Assembly: GCA_041671325.1 (NCBI GenBank)
Contig: JBAZBR010000001.1
Span: 221,332 to 285,331, forward strand
DNA from: Patescibacteria group bacterium
GTDB lineage: Bacteria > Patescibacteriota > Patescibacteriia > PEXW01
Length of the DNA stretch: 64,000 nt
Direction: 5' to 3'
The position numbers and the translations under genes were made by a program. A model generated the notes under the pieces. That model saw only the letters and a program-made list of their open reading frames with translations. It had not been told where the DNA came from and searched no databases. Shown piece after piece: positions 46,408 through 57,097 of the stretch; position 1 is the stretch's first letter, and each line of letters opens with the position of its first letter.

Positions 46408-47974
46408 AATAGTTTCGCAAATCAAACCATATTTGCCGGTTGTTTTAGTCGTAATTGACGGTTGGGGAATTGGCAAGCCCGGACCTTGGAACGCCATAAC
46501 CCAAGCAAAGACCCCGAATTATACCTATCTCTTGAAACGCTACCCTAACACAAGCCTTGAAGCTGGCGGGAGGGCGGTTGGTCTTTCTAAAGGCCAAGAT
46601 GGCAATAGCGAAGCCGGGCACATGAACATCGGGGCGGGCCGCGTGGTCTTGCAGGACGAAGTGGAAATTTCACGGGCTATCACGACTGGCGCATTTTTCC
46701 GAAACCCGGCATTCATCCGGGCTATCCGTCATGTCCAGAAGCATAACTCCACTCTTCATCTGATTGGGATGATGGGCAATAACCAAAGTGCCCATGCCAG
46801 TCCCGACCACCTCCTCGCCCTGCTGACCTTTGTCCGACTGATGAGGCTGAAGCATGTAAAATTGCATATTTTTACAGATGGTCGGGACAGCCCGCGTTTT
46901 GCGGCCATCAAGATTTTAAAAATGCTGGAGATGGAGCTAGGGAATACGCGCATTGCTTCGGTTACCGGCCGGTATTATGCCATGGATCGCGCATTGCACT
47001 GGGGGCGCATTAAACAGACATATGACCTACTCACCCTTGGGAGCGGGTTGCGGGCAACCAGCCCAGAAAGCGCAATCCTGGAGGCTTATAACCGGAATGG
47101 AAGTGACGAATTCATTATGCCAACAGCAGTGGTGCCTGAAGGACATCGCCCGAGCGTCGTGAAGGATAATGATTCAATTATCTTCTTTAACTTGCGCAGT
47201 GACCGGGCCCGACAGCTCACCAAGGCTTTCGTACAGCTGGATTTTTCTGGCTTCCGCCGGAAAAAAATTATTAAGAATTTAGTTTTTGTTGCCATGACGG
47301 ACTTTGGGCCAGATTTGCCAGGAGTCCTTTCAGCTTTTCCCAGCCGGGATATTGATGATACATTACCCATGGTTTTAAAAGGCTATAGGCAGTTGTACGT
47401 ATCCGAAAGTGAAAAATATGCGCATATGACCTATTTTTTTAACGGTGGATATGATCACCCCGTGGCAGGTGAAGATCGCGTCTCTATACCTTCACCAAAA
47501 GTGCTGACTTACGATAAACGGCCAGCCATGTCCACGGCAAAAGTCACGCAGTACGTCATTCGCGACCTAAAAAAACAAGCCCACGATTTTATTGCCCTAA
47601 ACTATGCGGCGCCAGATATGGTGGCGCACACCGGGCACATGCACGCGTCGATTAAGGCAGTTGAAGCCGTGGATAAAGGTCTTGGCATATTGGAACGAGC
47701 AGTTCGTAAGGCACATGGTACTCTGATTATCACCGCTGACCATGGTAACATTGAAGAATTGAAAAATATTAGGACTGGCGAAGTTGATACAGAACATTCT
47801 AATACCCCCGTACCTTTTATTTTAGTGAATAAAAATTATAAAAAGTGCAAATTAAGGAAATTTGGGTGTCTGGCCAATATCGCTCCGACCATCCTGGATT
47901 TAATGCAAGTCAGTAAGCCGAAACTGATGATAGGAAAAAGCTTATTAATTAAAAAGCAAAAACATGAATGCTGA
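46400..47974 (+). CDS. gpmI: 2,3-BPG-independent phosphoglycerate mutase, copy 1
   Basis: DGWG, GNSEAGH, DGRD, GRYYAMDR, EKYAH, DMVAH, TADHGN. Confidence 0.95.
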   Translation: MAKIVSQIKPYLPVVLVVIDGWGIGKPGPWNAITQAKTPNYTYLLKRYPNTSLEAGGRAVGLSKGQDGNSEAGHMNIGAGRVVLQDEVEISRAITTGAFFRNPAFIRAIRHVQKHNSTLHLIGMMGNNQSAHASPDHLLALLTFVRLMRLKHVKLHIFTDGRDSPRFAAIKILKMLEMELGNTRIASVTGRYYAMDRALHWGRIKQTYDLLTLGSGLRATSPESAILEAYNRNGSDEFIMPTAVVPEGHRPSVVKDNDSIIFFNLRSDRARQLTKAFVQLDFSGFRRKKIIKNLVFVAMTDFGPDLPGVLSAFPSRDIDDTLPMVLKGYRQLYVSESEKYAHMTYFFNGGYDHPVAGEDRVSIPSPKVLTYDKRPAMSTAKVTQYVIRDLKKQAHDFIALNYAAPDMVAHTGHMHASIKAVEAVDKGLGILERAVRKAHGTLIITADHGNIEELKNIRTGEVDTEHSNTPVPFILVNKNYKKCKLRKFGCLANIAPTILDLMQVSKPKLMIGKSLLIKKQKHEC

Positions 47975-49567
47975 ATCATTTGTACCTCGAGTCAGGCCAC
48001 TGGTATTATTAATTTTAGACGGCTGGGGAATTGGCAAGCCTTCCAGAAGCAATCCCTACAGCATTGCTAAATTGCCTAATTATGAAGATTTGATTTTGCA
48101 TTATCCAGCCATAGCCTTGCAGGCTTCCGGTGAGTCCGTAGGTTTACCTTGGGGTGAGATGGGCAATTCTGAAGTCGGCCACGTGAATTGGGTTCGGGAA
48201 AAATCATATACCAAAATCTTCCCAGGATTAACCGGGCAATATCTGACGGCAGTTTTTTCAAAAACCCAGCCTTGTTATCAGCTATCGAAAATACCAAGAA
48301 ACGGAATACCGCCCTGCACCTTATGGGCCTGGTAAGTTCTGGCGGAGTCCACAGTTTTAATGAACATGCTTATGCCTTGATTGAAATGGCCAAGCAACAA
48401 GGCGTGAAAGAACTCTATTTCCATGCTTTTTTGGATGGCCGAGATACGCCGCCAAAAAGCGCGGAAAATTTTATCGGCAAGCTGATAAGCCACATGAAAG
48501 AAGTTGGCTTAGGCAAGATCGCCACCTTAAGCGGCAGATTTTACGCCATGGACCGTGATAATCGCTGGGATAGGGAAGAAAAAGCCTTTAAAGCCTTGGT
48601 CAAGGGTGAAGCGGATAAAAAAGGCCCAGACCCAATTGCTTTAATCCAGCAAAGTTATGCGGTTGGAGTGTATGATGAAGAATTCATCCCAACTGTCATC
48701 ACCAATGAAAAAGGCGAGCCTGTTGGCACTATAAAAGACGGTGATAGTATTATAACTTTTAATTTTCGGCCAGACCGCATGCGGCAAATTACTAAGGTTT
48801 TTACCCTACCAGGTTTTGAAAAATTTGACCGGGGAACGTATTTTAAAGATTTGTTTTTTGTGACCATGACTGAATACGACAAGGACTTGCCGGTTATCGT
48901 GGCTTTTCCGCCAGAAGAAATAAATTACCCGATTGCTAGGGTTATTTCTGATGCGGGTTTAAAGCAAATGCATATAGCCGAAACTGAAAAATACGCGCAT
49001 GTCACTTATTTTTTCAATGGCGGACATGAACAAGCTTATCCCAATGAAGACCATGTGCTCATTCCCAGTCCGCATGTTTCCAGTTATGACCGCAAACCAG
49101 CCATGTCTGTTCGGGAAATCACCGAGAGGTTGGTTAAAGAACTGGCTAAAGGTACCTATGATTTTTATGTCGTTAATTTTGCCAATGCGGATATGGTTGC
49201 CCATACTGGTAATATGCAAGCTACTATTGAGTCTTTAGAAATTTTGGATGAATGTTTAAAACAAGTAGTGGAAGCAGTTTTAGCCATAAATGGCGCTTTA
49301 TATATCACGGCTGACCATGGCAATGCTGAAGAATTAGTAAACATGCAAACCGGCTCGATTGACAAGGAACATTCAACCAGCCCAGTTCCGTTAATCGCCG
49401 TAGCGAATTTTTGGAAAGACACTTCCCCATATATAATCCCAGGCGGCATGTCAGCCCTGAATTCAGCCCAGCCTGTGGGCATTTTGGCAGATGTGACCGT
49501 AACAATCCTGGAAACTTTGGGTTTGCCAGTGCCGGAAGAAATGACGGGCCGAAATTTATTAAATTAA
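47964..49567 (+). pseudogene. gpmI: gpmI copy 2 with a single frameshift near 48188
   Basis: GNSEVGHVN continues as (L)GSGKIIYQ in another frame; one T is missing in gtg aat (t)tg ggt. Confidence 0.85.
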
Positions 49568-49573
49568 TTAATT

Positions 49574-51484
49574 ATGCCCGAAGCTGAAAATGCTGCCAGT
49601 ATCCCGCAAACTAAAAGTCATTTAAGGAGGCACTATGGTTTTTTACGCATTTTAATTGCCCTGCCAATTTTTTTTATTGGTGCCTTTTTATTGATTTCAC
49701 AATCTCCAAAACCAAGAATAACTTCACCTTTAGTCAATAATGCCTTGCCTTTGGATGCGTCTTTGGCTATAGATTTTTCATGGCCGGTTTCCCGGAATCT
49801 GGACTTTAAAATTAGCCCGAACGTTGAAGGTGAACTTAGCTTTGAATCAGCTTGGTTTAAAGACCGCATGGTAACTCAGGCAGTTTTTACACCGGATTTT
49901 ACTTGGGATCCCAATGTCAAATATGAAATTACCTTAACAAACGTAAAAAACGCCATTCCCGGCAGGCAAGTCGGCCAAACCCACACTTTAAATTTTTCTA
50001 CCCTGCCAAATCTTAAAATCACTAGCGTACAACCCGCTCAAACCGAAATAATTTCAGCCGATACCAATTGGCAAATAAATTTTGACCGCGCCCAGTCAAA
50101 ATTTGAAGAATATACTTTTCAATTATCGCCGAGCCTAGATTTTTCTGCGGAAAAATTACCAAATAATTCAGGATATGTGATTAGACCTTCGCAATTATTA
50201 GCCCAAGGCCAAAAGTATGCCCTAAAAGCTTTTCAAACTGAAAAAAAGTATGTCTTTAATACCCAAGAAGTGGCCAGCATGTCTGAACAAAATTTGGTAG
50301 TCAATGATGTTTGGCAAGTCAGGCAACCGCCAGGAGTTACAAAAGTTTATCCAACCGGCACTAATATCCCTTTGAATGCTAATTTGGAGATAGATTTTTC
50401 AGAAAGTTTTGCCAAAGAAATTTTATTAGCTAATTTGACTATTGAGCCAGCTTTGGCAGGGAATTGGAGCAGTCAGGATGGTAAAGCTTATATTTTTATT
50501 CCCGAAGAATTAAAATCAGCCACGACTTACACGGTTAAAGTCAAAGCTGGCACTAAGACTTTGGCTGGAGGTTTTTTAGCTGAAGATGTGGTTTACCAAT
50601 TTTCCACCATTGAACCGGTAAAAATTATTTCCAGCACGCCCAAAAATGGTGATAAGGGCATTGCCGTAGGCAGTACTTTGAAATTTACCTTTAACCAGCC
50701 AGTTGACCACAAAAACGCCGAATCGAAATTTAAAATTACCCCGGCTATTTCCGGAGATTTTTCCTGGACAGAAAATACTTTAAATTTCAAACCCAAATCG
50801 CCATTAAATTTTAGTTTAAATTATAGTATTATTTTTGCTTCTGGAATTTTAGCGCCGGCAGGTTTAAATTCAGTAATCCAAGAGGTTATTAATTTTACGA
50901 CCGAAGTTTCGGTTACCCGTTTAGCCGTGCCTTTCCACAGGCAAGAACACAAATTGAGTTGTGAAATTGCCACTTTAGTCATGGCCTTGCGTTATCGGGG
51001 AATTGATATTAGCGAGCAACCCATAATCGACGCGATCGGTTTTGACCCGACCCCGAAAAAGAATGGGGTTTGGGGAAATCCGAATATAGCTTTTGTCGGT
51101 GATATAGACGGCCAACAGCCCGAAACTGGTTATGGGGTTTATTGGGAGCCGATTGCTAAAGCGTCCTTAAAATACCGTAATGCCCGGGCATTTACTAATG
51201 GCAAGTTGACAGACATTACTTCTGAAGTTAAAAAGGGCAATCCCGTGATTGTTTGGGGCACGGCTGGTACTGGCCGGAGGATTGATTGGAAAACCAAAAC
51301 CGGGGAAAACATAATTGCCATAACCGGTGAACATACTCGTATAGTCATTGGCTTTGTTGGGTCAGTGGAAAATCCATCCAAGATAATTACCCTGGACCCG
51401 CTTTATGGTGAAAAGAATTTTACCCAGTCAGCATTTTTATATAACTGGAGTTTGTTAGGTAATAGCGGGGTAGTGGTAGAGTAA
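49574..51484 (+). CDS. Membrane-anchored Ig-like (Big_5) repeat protein with C39-like cysteine peptidase
   Basis: Repeated P..G..I....I.F Ig-like units; QEHKLSCE (Cys), EHT (His), LDP (Asp). Confidence 0.85.
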   Translation: MPEAENAASIPQTKSHLRRHYGFLRILIALPIFFIGAFLLISQSPKPRITSPLVNNALPLDASLAIDFSWPVSRNLDFKISPNVEGELSFESAWFKDRMVTQAVFTPDFTWDPNVKYEITLTNVKNAIPGRQVGQTHTLNFSTLPNLKITSVQPAQTEIISADTNWQINFDRAQSKFEEYTFQLSPSLDFSAEKLPNNSGYVIRPSQLLAQGQKYALKAFQTEKKYVFNTQEVASMSEQNLVVNDVWQVRQPPGVTKVYPTGTNIPLNANLEIDFSESFAKEILLANLTIEPALAGNWSSQDGKAYIFIPEELKSATTYTVKVKAGTKTLAGGFLAEDVVYQFSTIEPVKIISSTPKNGDKGIAVGSTLKFTFNQPVDHKNAESKFKITPAISGDFSWTENTLNFKPKSPLNFSLNYSIIFASGILAPAGLNSVIQEVINFTTEVSVTRLAVPFHRQEHKLSCEIATLVMALRYRGIDISEQPIIDAIGFDPTPKKNGVWGNPNIAFVGDIDGQQPETGYGVYWEPIAKASLKYRNARAFTNGKLTDITSEVKKGNPVIVWGTAGTGRRIDWKTKTGENIIAITGEHTRIVIGFVGSVENPSKIITLDPLYGEKNFTQSAFLYNWSLLGNSGVVVE

Positions 51485-51611
51485 TTCATAAACAATAAAT
51501 TCACTATATAGGAATTTCTTTCTATAGATTTGTCTTTTTCAAATTTAAGCAGTAGGCTATTAAAAAAGCTTTTTTAACAAATAAAAGGGGACAGATTAGG
51601 AGGATTTTAGC

Positions 51612-52478
51612 ATGGTTAACGAAGATATTAAGAAAATTATCGTGGTTTCAGACAGTACTGGGAGTACGGCCAACCGGGTGCTTGGAGCTGTACTGGCTCA
51701 ATATAAAAAGTTGGATATAAGTTTTTGTGTTGAGCATATTTACCGTGAAGTAAGGACACGGAAACAGGTTGACCAAATTTTAGCGACAATCGATGATGAC
51801 TATATGGTGGTCTTCACCATTGTCATTGAAGATTTGCGACATTACTTCCACGACAAGCTTGAAGAAAGGGGGATATTGCACCTGAATGTTTTGGGACCAA
51901 TGCTGCGGACCTGTAAACGTTTTTTAGGCGTCGTTGACCACTATCAACCTGGTTTGACCGTTAAACTTGATGAAGCCTACGACCATCGGGTTAAGGCCGT
52001 GCATTTTGCCCTGGAGCATGATGATGGCAATGGTTTACGCTTGAAAGACGCCGAATTGGTTTTAGTCGGCCCGTCGCGTTGCGGTAAGACCCCGCTTTCC
52101 ATGTACATTGCCAGCGTAGCTGGTTTATGGGTCGGGAATATCCCCATAGTCCCTTTGGAAACCATGAAAGCAGATTTACTGCGCCGCTTAAAGGAAGTGG
52201 ACCCATCGAAAATTGTGGGATTGTTCATTTCTGCGGATGAGTTGTTGAAGCACCGCCAAGAGCGATCTGAAAAATTAGGAATAAACAGTAGTCAAGTTGG
52301 CTTAGGTGTTTATCATGATTTCAGCGCTATTCGGCAGGAAATCATTTTTTGCCGAAGATTGTATAAAAAGCAAGACTGGCCAGTAATCGAAACTACTCGC
52401 CGGGCTTATGAAGAGGTGGCTGTAGAAATCTTGGCTGCCGTGGGCTTTCCTGATATTCGGGCAATCCATCGCACCTAG
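51612..52478 (+). CDS. ppsR: PEP synthase/PPDK regulatory kinase-pyrophosphorylase (DUF299)
   Basis: VSDSTGST, FALEHDDG, LVGPSRCGKTPLSMY. Confidence 0.88.
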   Translation: MVNEDIKKIIVVSDSTGSTANRVLGAVLAQYKKLDISFCVEHIYREVRTRKQVDQILATIDDDYMVVFTIVIEDLRHYFHDKLEERGILHLNVLGPMLRTCKRFLGVVDHYQPGLTVKLDEAYDHRVKAVHFALEHDDGNGLRLKDAELVLVGPSRCGKTPLSMYIASVAGLWVGNIPIVPLETMKADLLRRLKEVDPSKIVGLFISADELLKHRQERSEKLGINSSQVGLGVYHDFSAIRQEIIFCRRLYKKQDWPVIETTRRAYEEVAVEILAAVGFPDIRAIHRT

Positions 52479-52592
52479 CTGTAATCAACTTGTTTTTTTA
52501 TAAGCCTAGCTTTCAATTTTGGAGGCTGGGCTTTTTTATTTAATAAAAACCCCCACCCTAGAGATGAGAGTTTTTGAAAAGAAAAATTAGCT

Positions 52593-53765
52593 TTATATGC
52601 TAATTTCACGATACTGATGTTGCCGCATGATATGGATGATGCTGTCGTTATCAGAAGGCGTTACCACTAGCATTGAACGGAACTTGCTGGGTATGACAAA
52701 ATTCTTGAGACGGCTGATGTCAAGATAAACGTAGTCATCAGTCGAAGAAAAAATACTGTACGGTTTTGCGGTTGACATTAGTACGCCTTCTTTTACCCAT
52801 GGCCGGTCTGTGGAAACTTCGAAAATCTTCATCACGGGTTCACCTTGGGCATTGCGGGCAAACCGTACAAAAGCCAGCCAATGAATCCATTCACCGATTT
52901 TTTCCCCATTAGCCATGATAAAACCAATTGGGCCATGGTTTTTTTGGAGTTCGGAAAGATACAGGATCCTGGCTGGGCCGCCGGGTTGGGTATGGTGGAC
53001 AAAAGCATCTTTCTGGTCTTTAGCCACAAAGATCATGCAATCGTCAAAATTTTCCCTGTACCCAGCTTTATTGGGCGAGCCAAGGAAAGTGACGAACCGC
53101 TTGCGATCGTCTGCGGTAGCACAGAGTTCACTAGCGGTTAAGAATTCCAACCGCTTGCCGTGCTTGCAAATATGCTCCAAATCAATCGTGTCTAAATGCT
53201 TATCCGTAAAGCGCGGAAGCTTCAAGTTGAAAACACCCGCAGGAGAAGCAACAAAAATTGTTTGGGTTATGTAGTTTAAAATAACCGAAAAAATTATCTC
53301 TCCCTTCCGTACGCAGGTGATTGAAGTCGTCGCCCCGGTAATTGAAGCGGGCGCTTCAAACATTTGATTCCAGATACTAATACTTTTCTCACGACCCATC
53401 AGGATGCCAAGCTTCTGCAGTTCCTGACCCTTAGAGATTTCTTGGATAAATCTTTTTAGAAAACTGGAACGGTCAGTTGGATCGCAAAAGAACATTAATG
53501 GCTGTCTAACTGGATCTGAATCACTCGGCCAACGCCGTTTTGCCGCTTCATCCAATTCTTCGGTTACAAAAATTGCATGATCATCAAAATCGCGAATTCT
53601 TCTGGCTATGCAGATTTCCGGAATTGCGTCTAGGCCAAGAGTGTCGCCTTTGCCATACCGAACCTGTGCCAAGGTTTCTGCGGCAGAGCTTTCAAATAGC
53701 TCACGCCATGCCGTTATCTCGGCGTTAATCGCCACGTCGCAATATTGTTTTTCAATGCCTTGCAT
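52593..53765 (-). CDS. Divergent FIG-superfamily (FBPase/inositol monophosphatase-like) protein
   Basis: LDAIPE, FVTEE and FCDPTDRS resemble the FIG metal-binding motifs (D..AE, EE, DPxDGT). Confidence 0.6.
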   Translation of the reverse strand: MQGIEKQYCDVAINAEITAWRELFESSAAETLAQVRYGKGDTLGLDAIPEICIARRIRDFDDHAIFVTEELDEAAKRRWPSDSDPVRQPLMFFCDPTDRSSFLKRFIQEISKGQELQKLGILMGREKSISIWNQMFEAPASITGATTSITCVRKGEIIFSVILNYITQTIFVASPAGVFNLKLPRFTDKHLDTIDLEHICKHGKRLEFLTASELCATADDRKRFVTFLGSPNKAGYRENFDDCMIFVAKDQKDAFVHHTQPGGPARILYLSELQKNHGPIGFIMANGEKIGEWIHWLAFVRFARNAQGEPVMKIFEVSTDRPWVKEGVLMSTAKPYSIFSSTDDYVYLDISRLKNFVIPSKFRSMLVVTPSDNDSIIHIMRQHQYREISI

Positions 53766-53918
53766 ACTTTTCCTCCATTCAAGTTAAGCGTATTTAGTTG
53801 TTAAATTACCTTGTTTATTAACAACATCTTAAGCAAGGTTTTGATTGTAGTCAAGCCATTAAATTACTTTTGAAACGATTATTTATTCAGTCAAATTTTT
53901 TTAGTGTATACTTTAAAT

Positions 53919-54959
53919 ATGAAGAAAATCACATTTCCAAAAGACGAACTGGTCCATAACACTTTTTTGGAATGGTGGTATTGGAATGGCCAGCTTTGGG
54001 ACGAACAAGGCCGACATTACAGTTACATGAATTGCCTTTTCCGGATCAAGCCAAAAAAGGTGCAATTACCGCTTTTCAAGAGGGTGCCTTTTGAAAATAT
54101 GTATTTTTCCCACTCCTTGCTTTCAGATATTACCCGTAAAAAATTTACAACCCAAATTGACTATTTGGACTTGGTTGCCAAAGACAGTTTTTCCAAACCC
54201 AATTTATTCGTAAACTACGCCAGTCCCATTACCAAAACCGGGTACTTCAATAAAGTTATGGAATTTAAGGATGACCATTATTTTTTAAAGAATGAAAATA
54301 TCGAATTGAATTTAGGTTTAGTTAAAAAACCTTTGTTGGAGAACGGCAATGGTTTTGTTAAATTAAGCACCAAGAAGTCCTATTATTATTCTTTAACTAA
54401 TCTTTCCACCCAAGGCGTAATTAAAATCAATAATCAACTAATTCAAGTTAAGGGTAAATCTTGGATGGATCACCAATGGGCTAATGTAAAATTTACCCGG
54501 GATAAGTGGGATTGGTTTTCCATACAACTTGAAAATAATTCTGAATTAGTCTGTTACCAATATGGCAAGGGTAAAAACAAATCAACTTTAGCCACTATTA
54601 TCCATCCAAATTCCAAGCAGGAATCTACGAAAATAGCCTTTATTAAACCTTGTGGAAAATCTTGGCATAGCTCAAAAACGCACGCAGATTATCCTTTAGA
54701 ATGGCAGATTGAAATTCCTAAATTTAAATTAAAAATTCAAGCTAGGGCATTAAATAACAATCAAGAGGTTATTTTCGGCGTATTGAATTATTGGGAAGGA
54801 CCAATGGAAATAAAAGCCCAAATAGCCGATCGCTCGGTTACGGGTTGGGGATTTACTGAACTGGTTGGTTATGATTCAGTTTTTAATGACCGGACAATGT
54901 TAAAAAATAATCTTAAGGATAGGTTAGTAAACCGTTATAAAAAATTTTTTACATTTTAA
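53919..54959 (+). CDS. AttH/CrtC-like lipocalin-fold protein
   Basis: EWWY, SYYYS, SWMDHQW, WDWFSIQL, YPLEW, YWEG. Confidence 0.88.
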   Translation: MKKITFPKDELVHNTFLEWWYWNGQLWDEQGRHYSYMNCLFRIKPKKVQLPLFKRVPFENMYFSHSLLSDITRKKFTTQIDYLDLVAKDSFSKPNLFVNYASPITKTGYFNKVMEFKDDHYFLKNENIELNLGLVKKPLLENGNGFVKLSTKKSYYYSLTNLSTQGVIKINNQLIQVKGKSWMDHQWANVKFTRDKWDWFSIQLENNSELVCYQYGKGKNKSTLATIIHPNSKQESTKIAFIKPCGKSWHSSKTHADYPLEWQIEIPKFKLKIQARALNNNQEVIFGVLNYWEGPMEIKAQIADRSVTGWGFTELVGYDSVFNDRTMLKNNLKDRLVNRYKKFFTF

Positions 54960-54970
54960 TTAATAAATAT

Positions 54971-55210
54971 ATGGCGGAAAAACAAGAAGAATTCAAAATT
55001 GATGGTGATAAAATTGTCGCCAAGGTAAAAGAACTTATAAAGGAAGGCAATGCGCGGAAGATTATCATCAAGAATGAAAAAGGGGAGTCAATCATGGAAA
55101 TTCCCGTGACTATTGGTGCGGTTGGCGCTTTGTTAGCCCCCTATTTGTCGGCAGTTGGCGCCCTGGCTGCAATTTTAACAAAGTGTACGATTATTGTCGT
55201 TAAAAAATAA
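54971..55210 (+). CDS. DUF4342-domain protein
   Basis: KVKELIKEGNARKIIIK...EIPVTIG...CTIIV. Confidence 0.85.
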   Translation: MAEKQEEFKIDGDKIVAKVKELIKEGNARKIIIKNEKGESIMEIPVTIGAVGALLAPYLSAVGALAAILTKCTIIVVKK

Positions 55211-55241
55211 TTAAATAGCGAACGATCATTTTGATGGTCCG

Positions 55242-55589
55242 CTATTTTGGAATTCCAGTAAAGAAAGCAATCAGCCATGCACACCAGGCATAAATCGAGT
55301 ATTTATGGAAAAGGTGCGCAGGTTTTCCGCCTTTAAAATATGCCCGCAATGCCCAAATCAAATGCAGGAGCATGATAATTAAAGCGGCATAACCACAGCA
55401 TTTATGAAAGTCAAGCTGATGAGTACGAGCTGACAAACGCATTATAGTTGTCCCGATCAAATCATCAGCAAAGCCCAAGCAAAAAATAATTATCATCCAG
55501 CGCTCAAGGTGGTGCTTGATTTTCTCTGACCAGATTGCCGTGGTATAGAACATTAAGGCCAAAATCATGAAAAGAACTGCCCAAAACAT
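55242..55589 (-). CDS. HsmA-like small membrane protein
   Basis: ALMFYT.AIWSEK, GF..DLIGT.IM, H...GY.A..MLLHLIWA, FHKYSI. Confidence 0.75.
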   Translation of the reverse strand: MFWAVLFMILALMFYTTAIWSEKIKHHLERWMIIIFCLGFADDLIGTTIMRLSARTHQLDFHKCCGYAALIIMLLHLIWALRAYFKGGKPAHLFHKYSIYAWCAWLIAFFTGIPK

Positions 55590-55666
55590 TTTGTCCTCCT
55601 TGGTTTTGAATTAATTTACACCCCAGCAATAGAATGTCAAATATTTAATAGAGCATACTTCAATTT

Positions 55667-56371
55667 ATGGGCACTTACCAAGAATTTATTTTAGACTATA
55701 AAAAATTAGACAATCCAAAACAAGCCAATATTTTGCGAGGGTTTTTCAAAACGGGTAAAGGCGAATATGGAGAAGGTGATGTATTTTTGGGCATAAAAGT
55801 CCCGGTACAAAGATCGGCAGTCAAAAAATATTACGATTTGCCAATTAATGATGTCATTAGAATTTTAACAAACAAGATTCATGAGTATCGTTTATCGGCA
55901 TTGTTTATATTGGTGCATAAGTTTCAAAAAGGGGATGATGCTTTAAAAAATCAAATCTTCAATTTATACCTTAAAAATACCAAGTTCATTAATAACTGGG
56001 ATTTGGTGGATTTATCTGCGCCAAATATAGTCGGTAATTATTTATTGGATAAACCCCGAACAATTTTATATGAGCTGGCTAAATCCAAGAATCTCTGGGA
56101 AAGACGGATTTCAGTGTTAAGCACATTTACTTTTATACGCCAAAATGATTTTAAAGATACCTTACGAATCAGCGGAATATTATTAAATGATAAACACGAT
56201 TTAATCCATAAAGCCGTGGGATGGATGTTAAGGGAAATCGGCAAAAGAAACAAAAAAATAGAAGAAAATTTTTTAAAGAAATATTATCGCCAAATGCCCA
56301 GAACAATGTTAAGATACGCAATAGAAAGGTTTCCTAAAGCTAAGCAACAAAAATATTTAAAGAAAGATTAG
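55667..56371 (+). CDS. DNA alkylation repair protein (AlkD-like)
   Basis: FFKTGKGEYGEGD, NNWDLVD, WERR, DLIHKAVGWMLRE, PRTMLRYAIE. Confidence 0.92.
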   Translation: MGTYQEFILDYKKLDNPKQANILRGFFKTGKGEYGEGDVFLGIKVPVQRSAVKKYYDLPINDVIRILTNKIHEYRLSALFILVHKFQKGDDALKNQIFNLYLKNTKFINNWDLVDLSAPNIVGNYLLDKPRTILYELAKSKNLWERRISVLSTFTFIRQNDFKDTLRISGILLNDKHDLIHKAVGWMLREIGKRNKKIEENFLKKYYRQMPRTMLRYAIERFPKAKQQKYLKKD

Positions 56372-56375
56372 ATGT

Positions 56376-56621
56376 ATGGCAAAATCTTGGTTCAGGAAAA
56401 GAAAAGGCTTGAAAAGTCCAGATAAAGGCTGGGGCTTTGTACCTATAAGTTTTGAAGGCGTGACCATGTATTTGATTCTGCTGGCTTTAGCTATATTTTT
56501 GGTCATTCATTTTCAAATATGGCAGGCAACGGTTACCCAGGGTTTGAGTTTTGGGTTATTATTTATTTTTATTCTGATTATTTTTGCTTTTCTGGCCAGA
56601 ATGCGGACATTAAAAGATTGA
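56376..56621 (+). CDS. Small membrane protein
   Basis: WF....GWG..P...EG motif followed by two TM helices. Confidence 0.65.
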   Translation: MAKSWFRKRKGLKSPDKGWGFVPISFEGVTMYLILLALAIFLVIHFQIWQATVTQGLSFGLLFIFILIIFAFLARMRTLKD

Positions 56622-56689
56622 ATTTGATAACAGTGAATTTTATCGGTACAAAAGAAAAACGACCCCAAAATACAGGGGTCGTTCAGGCA

Positions 56690-56950
56690 TCAGGCGGGTG
56701 TGTTAGCGTCTTGTGTTTTGAGTCGAGGGTCGCCTGGTTGTATAAAGGTCCATGAGCAATGCCTACAGAAAGTGTCATTTTTGCATACTTGACCCTGGCA
56801 ATGATTGCACCTCGGGCCCCATAACTGCGATCCGCATTCTTTACAGACCAGTTTGGCGCCATCAACAATTTTGGCAATTTGTCGGGGTCTAGCTCGGTAC
56901 TTTTCAAGGATTTTCTTGACAACATCCGGAGAAAAAGTTGAGCTTTCCAT
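56690..56950 (-). CDS. Small double-zinc-ribbon orphan protein
   Basis: CKECG, CNHC, FCRHC; AAGGAG SD, TTGACA promoter, terminator near 56655-56683. Confidence 0.7.
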   Translation of the reverse strand: MESSTFSPDVVKKILEKYRARPRQIAKIVDGAKLVCKECGSQLWGPRCNHCQGQVCKNDTFCRHCSWTFIQPGDPRLKTQDANTPA

Positions 56951-57097
56951 TAACCTCTCCTTACTTAAGATTTAACTTCATTCTAATCGTAAGACCTTAT
57001 AATAAATCAGTTTTAGTGTCAAGAATAATTTAACATTGACTTTTTCCCAACAAAGATCTAAAATAATTAGACTCAATTTAAATCACCATAAATTTTT

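Noticed and set aside
48180-48200. Programmed frameshift in gpmI copy 2
   Set aside because: No slippery heptamer or long homopolymer at the site; a simple 1-nt deletion or sequencing error is more likely
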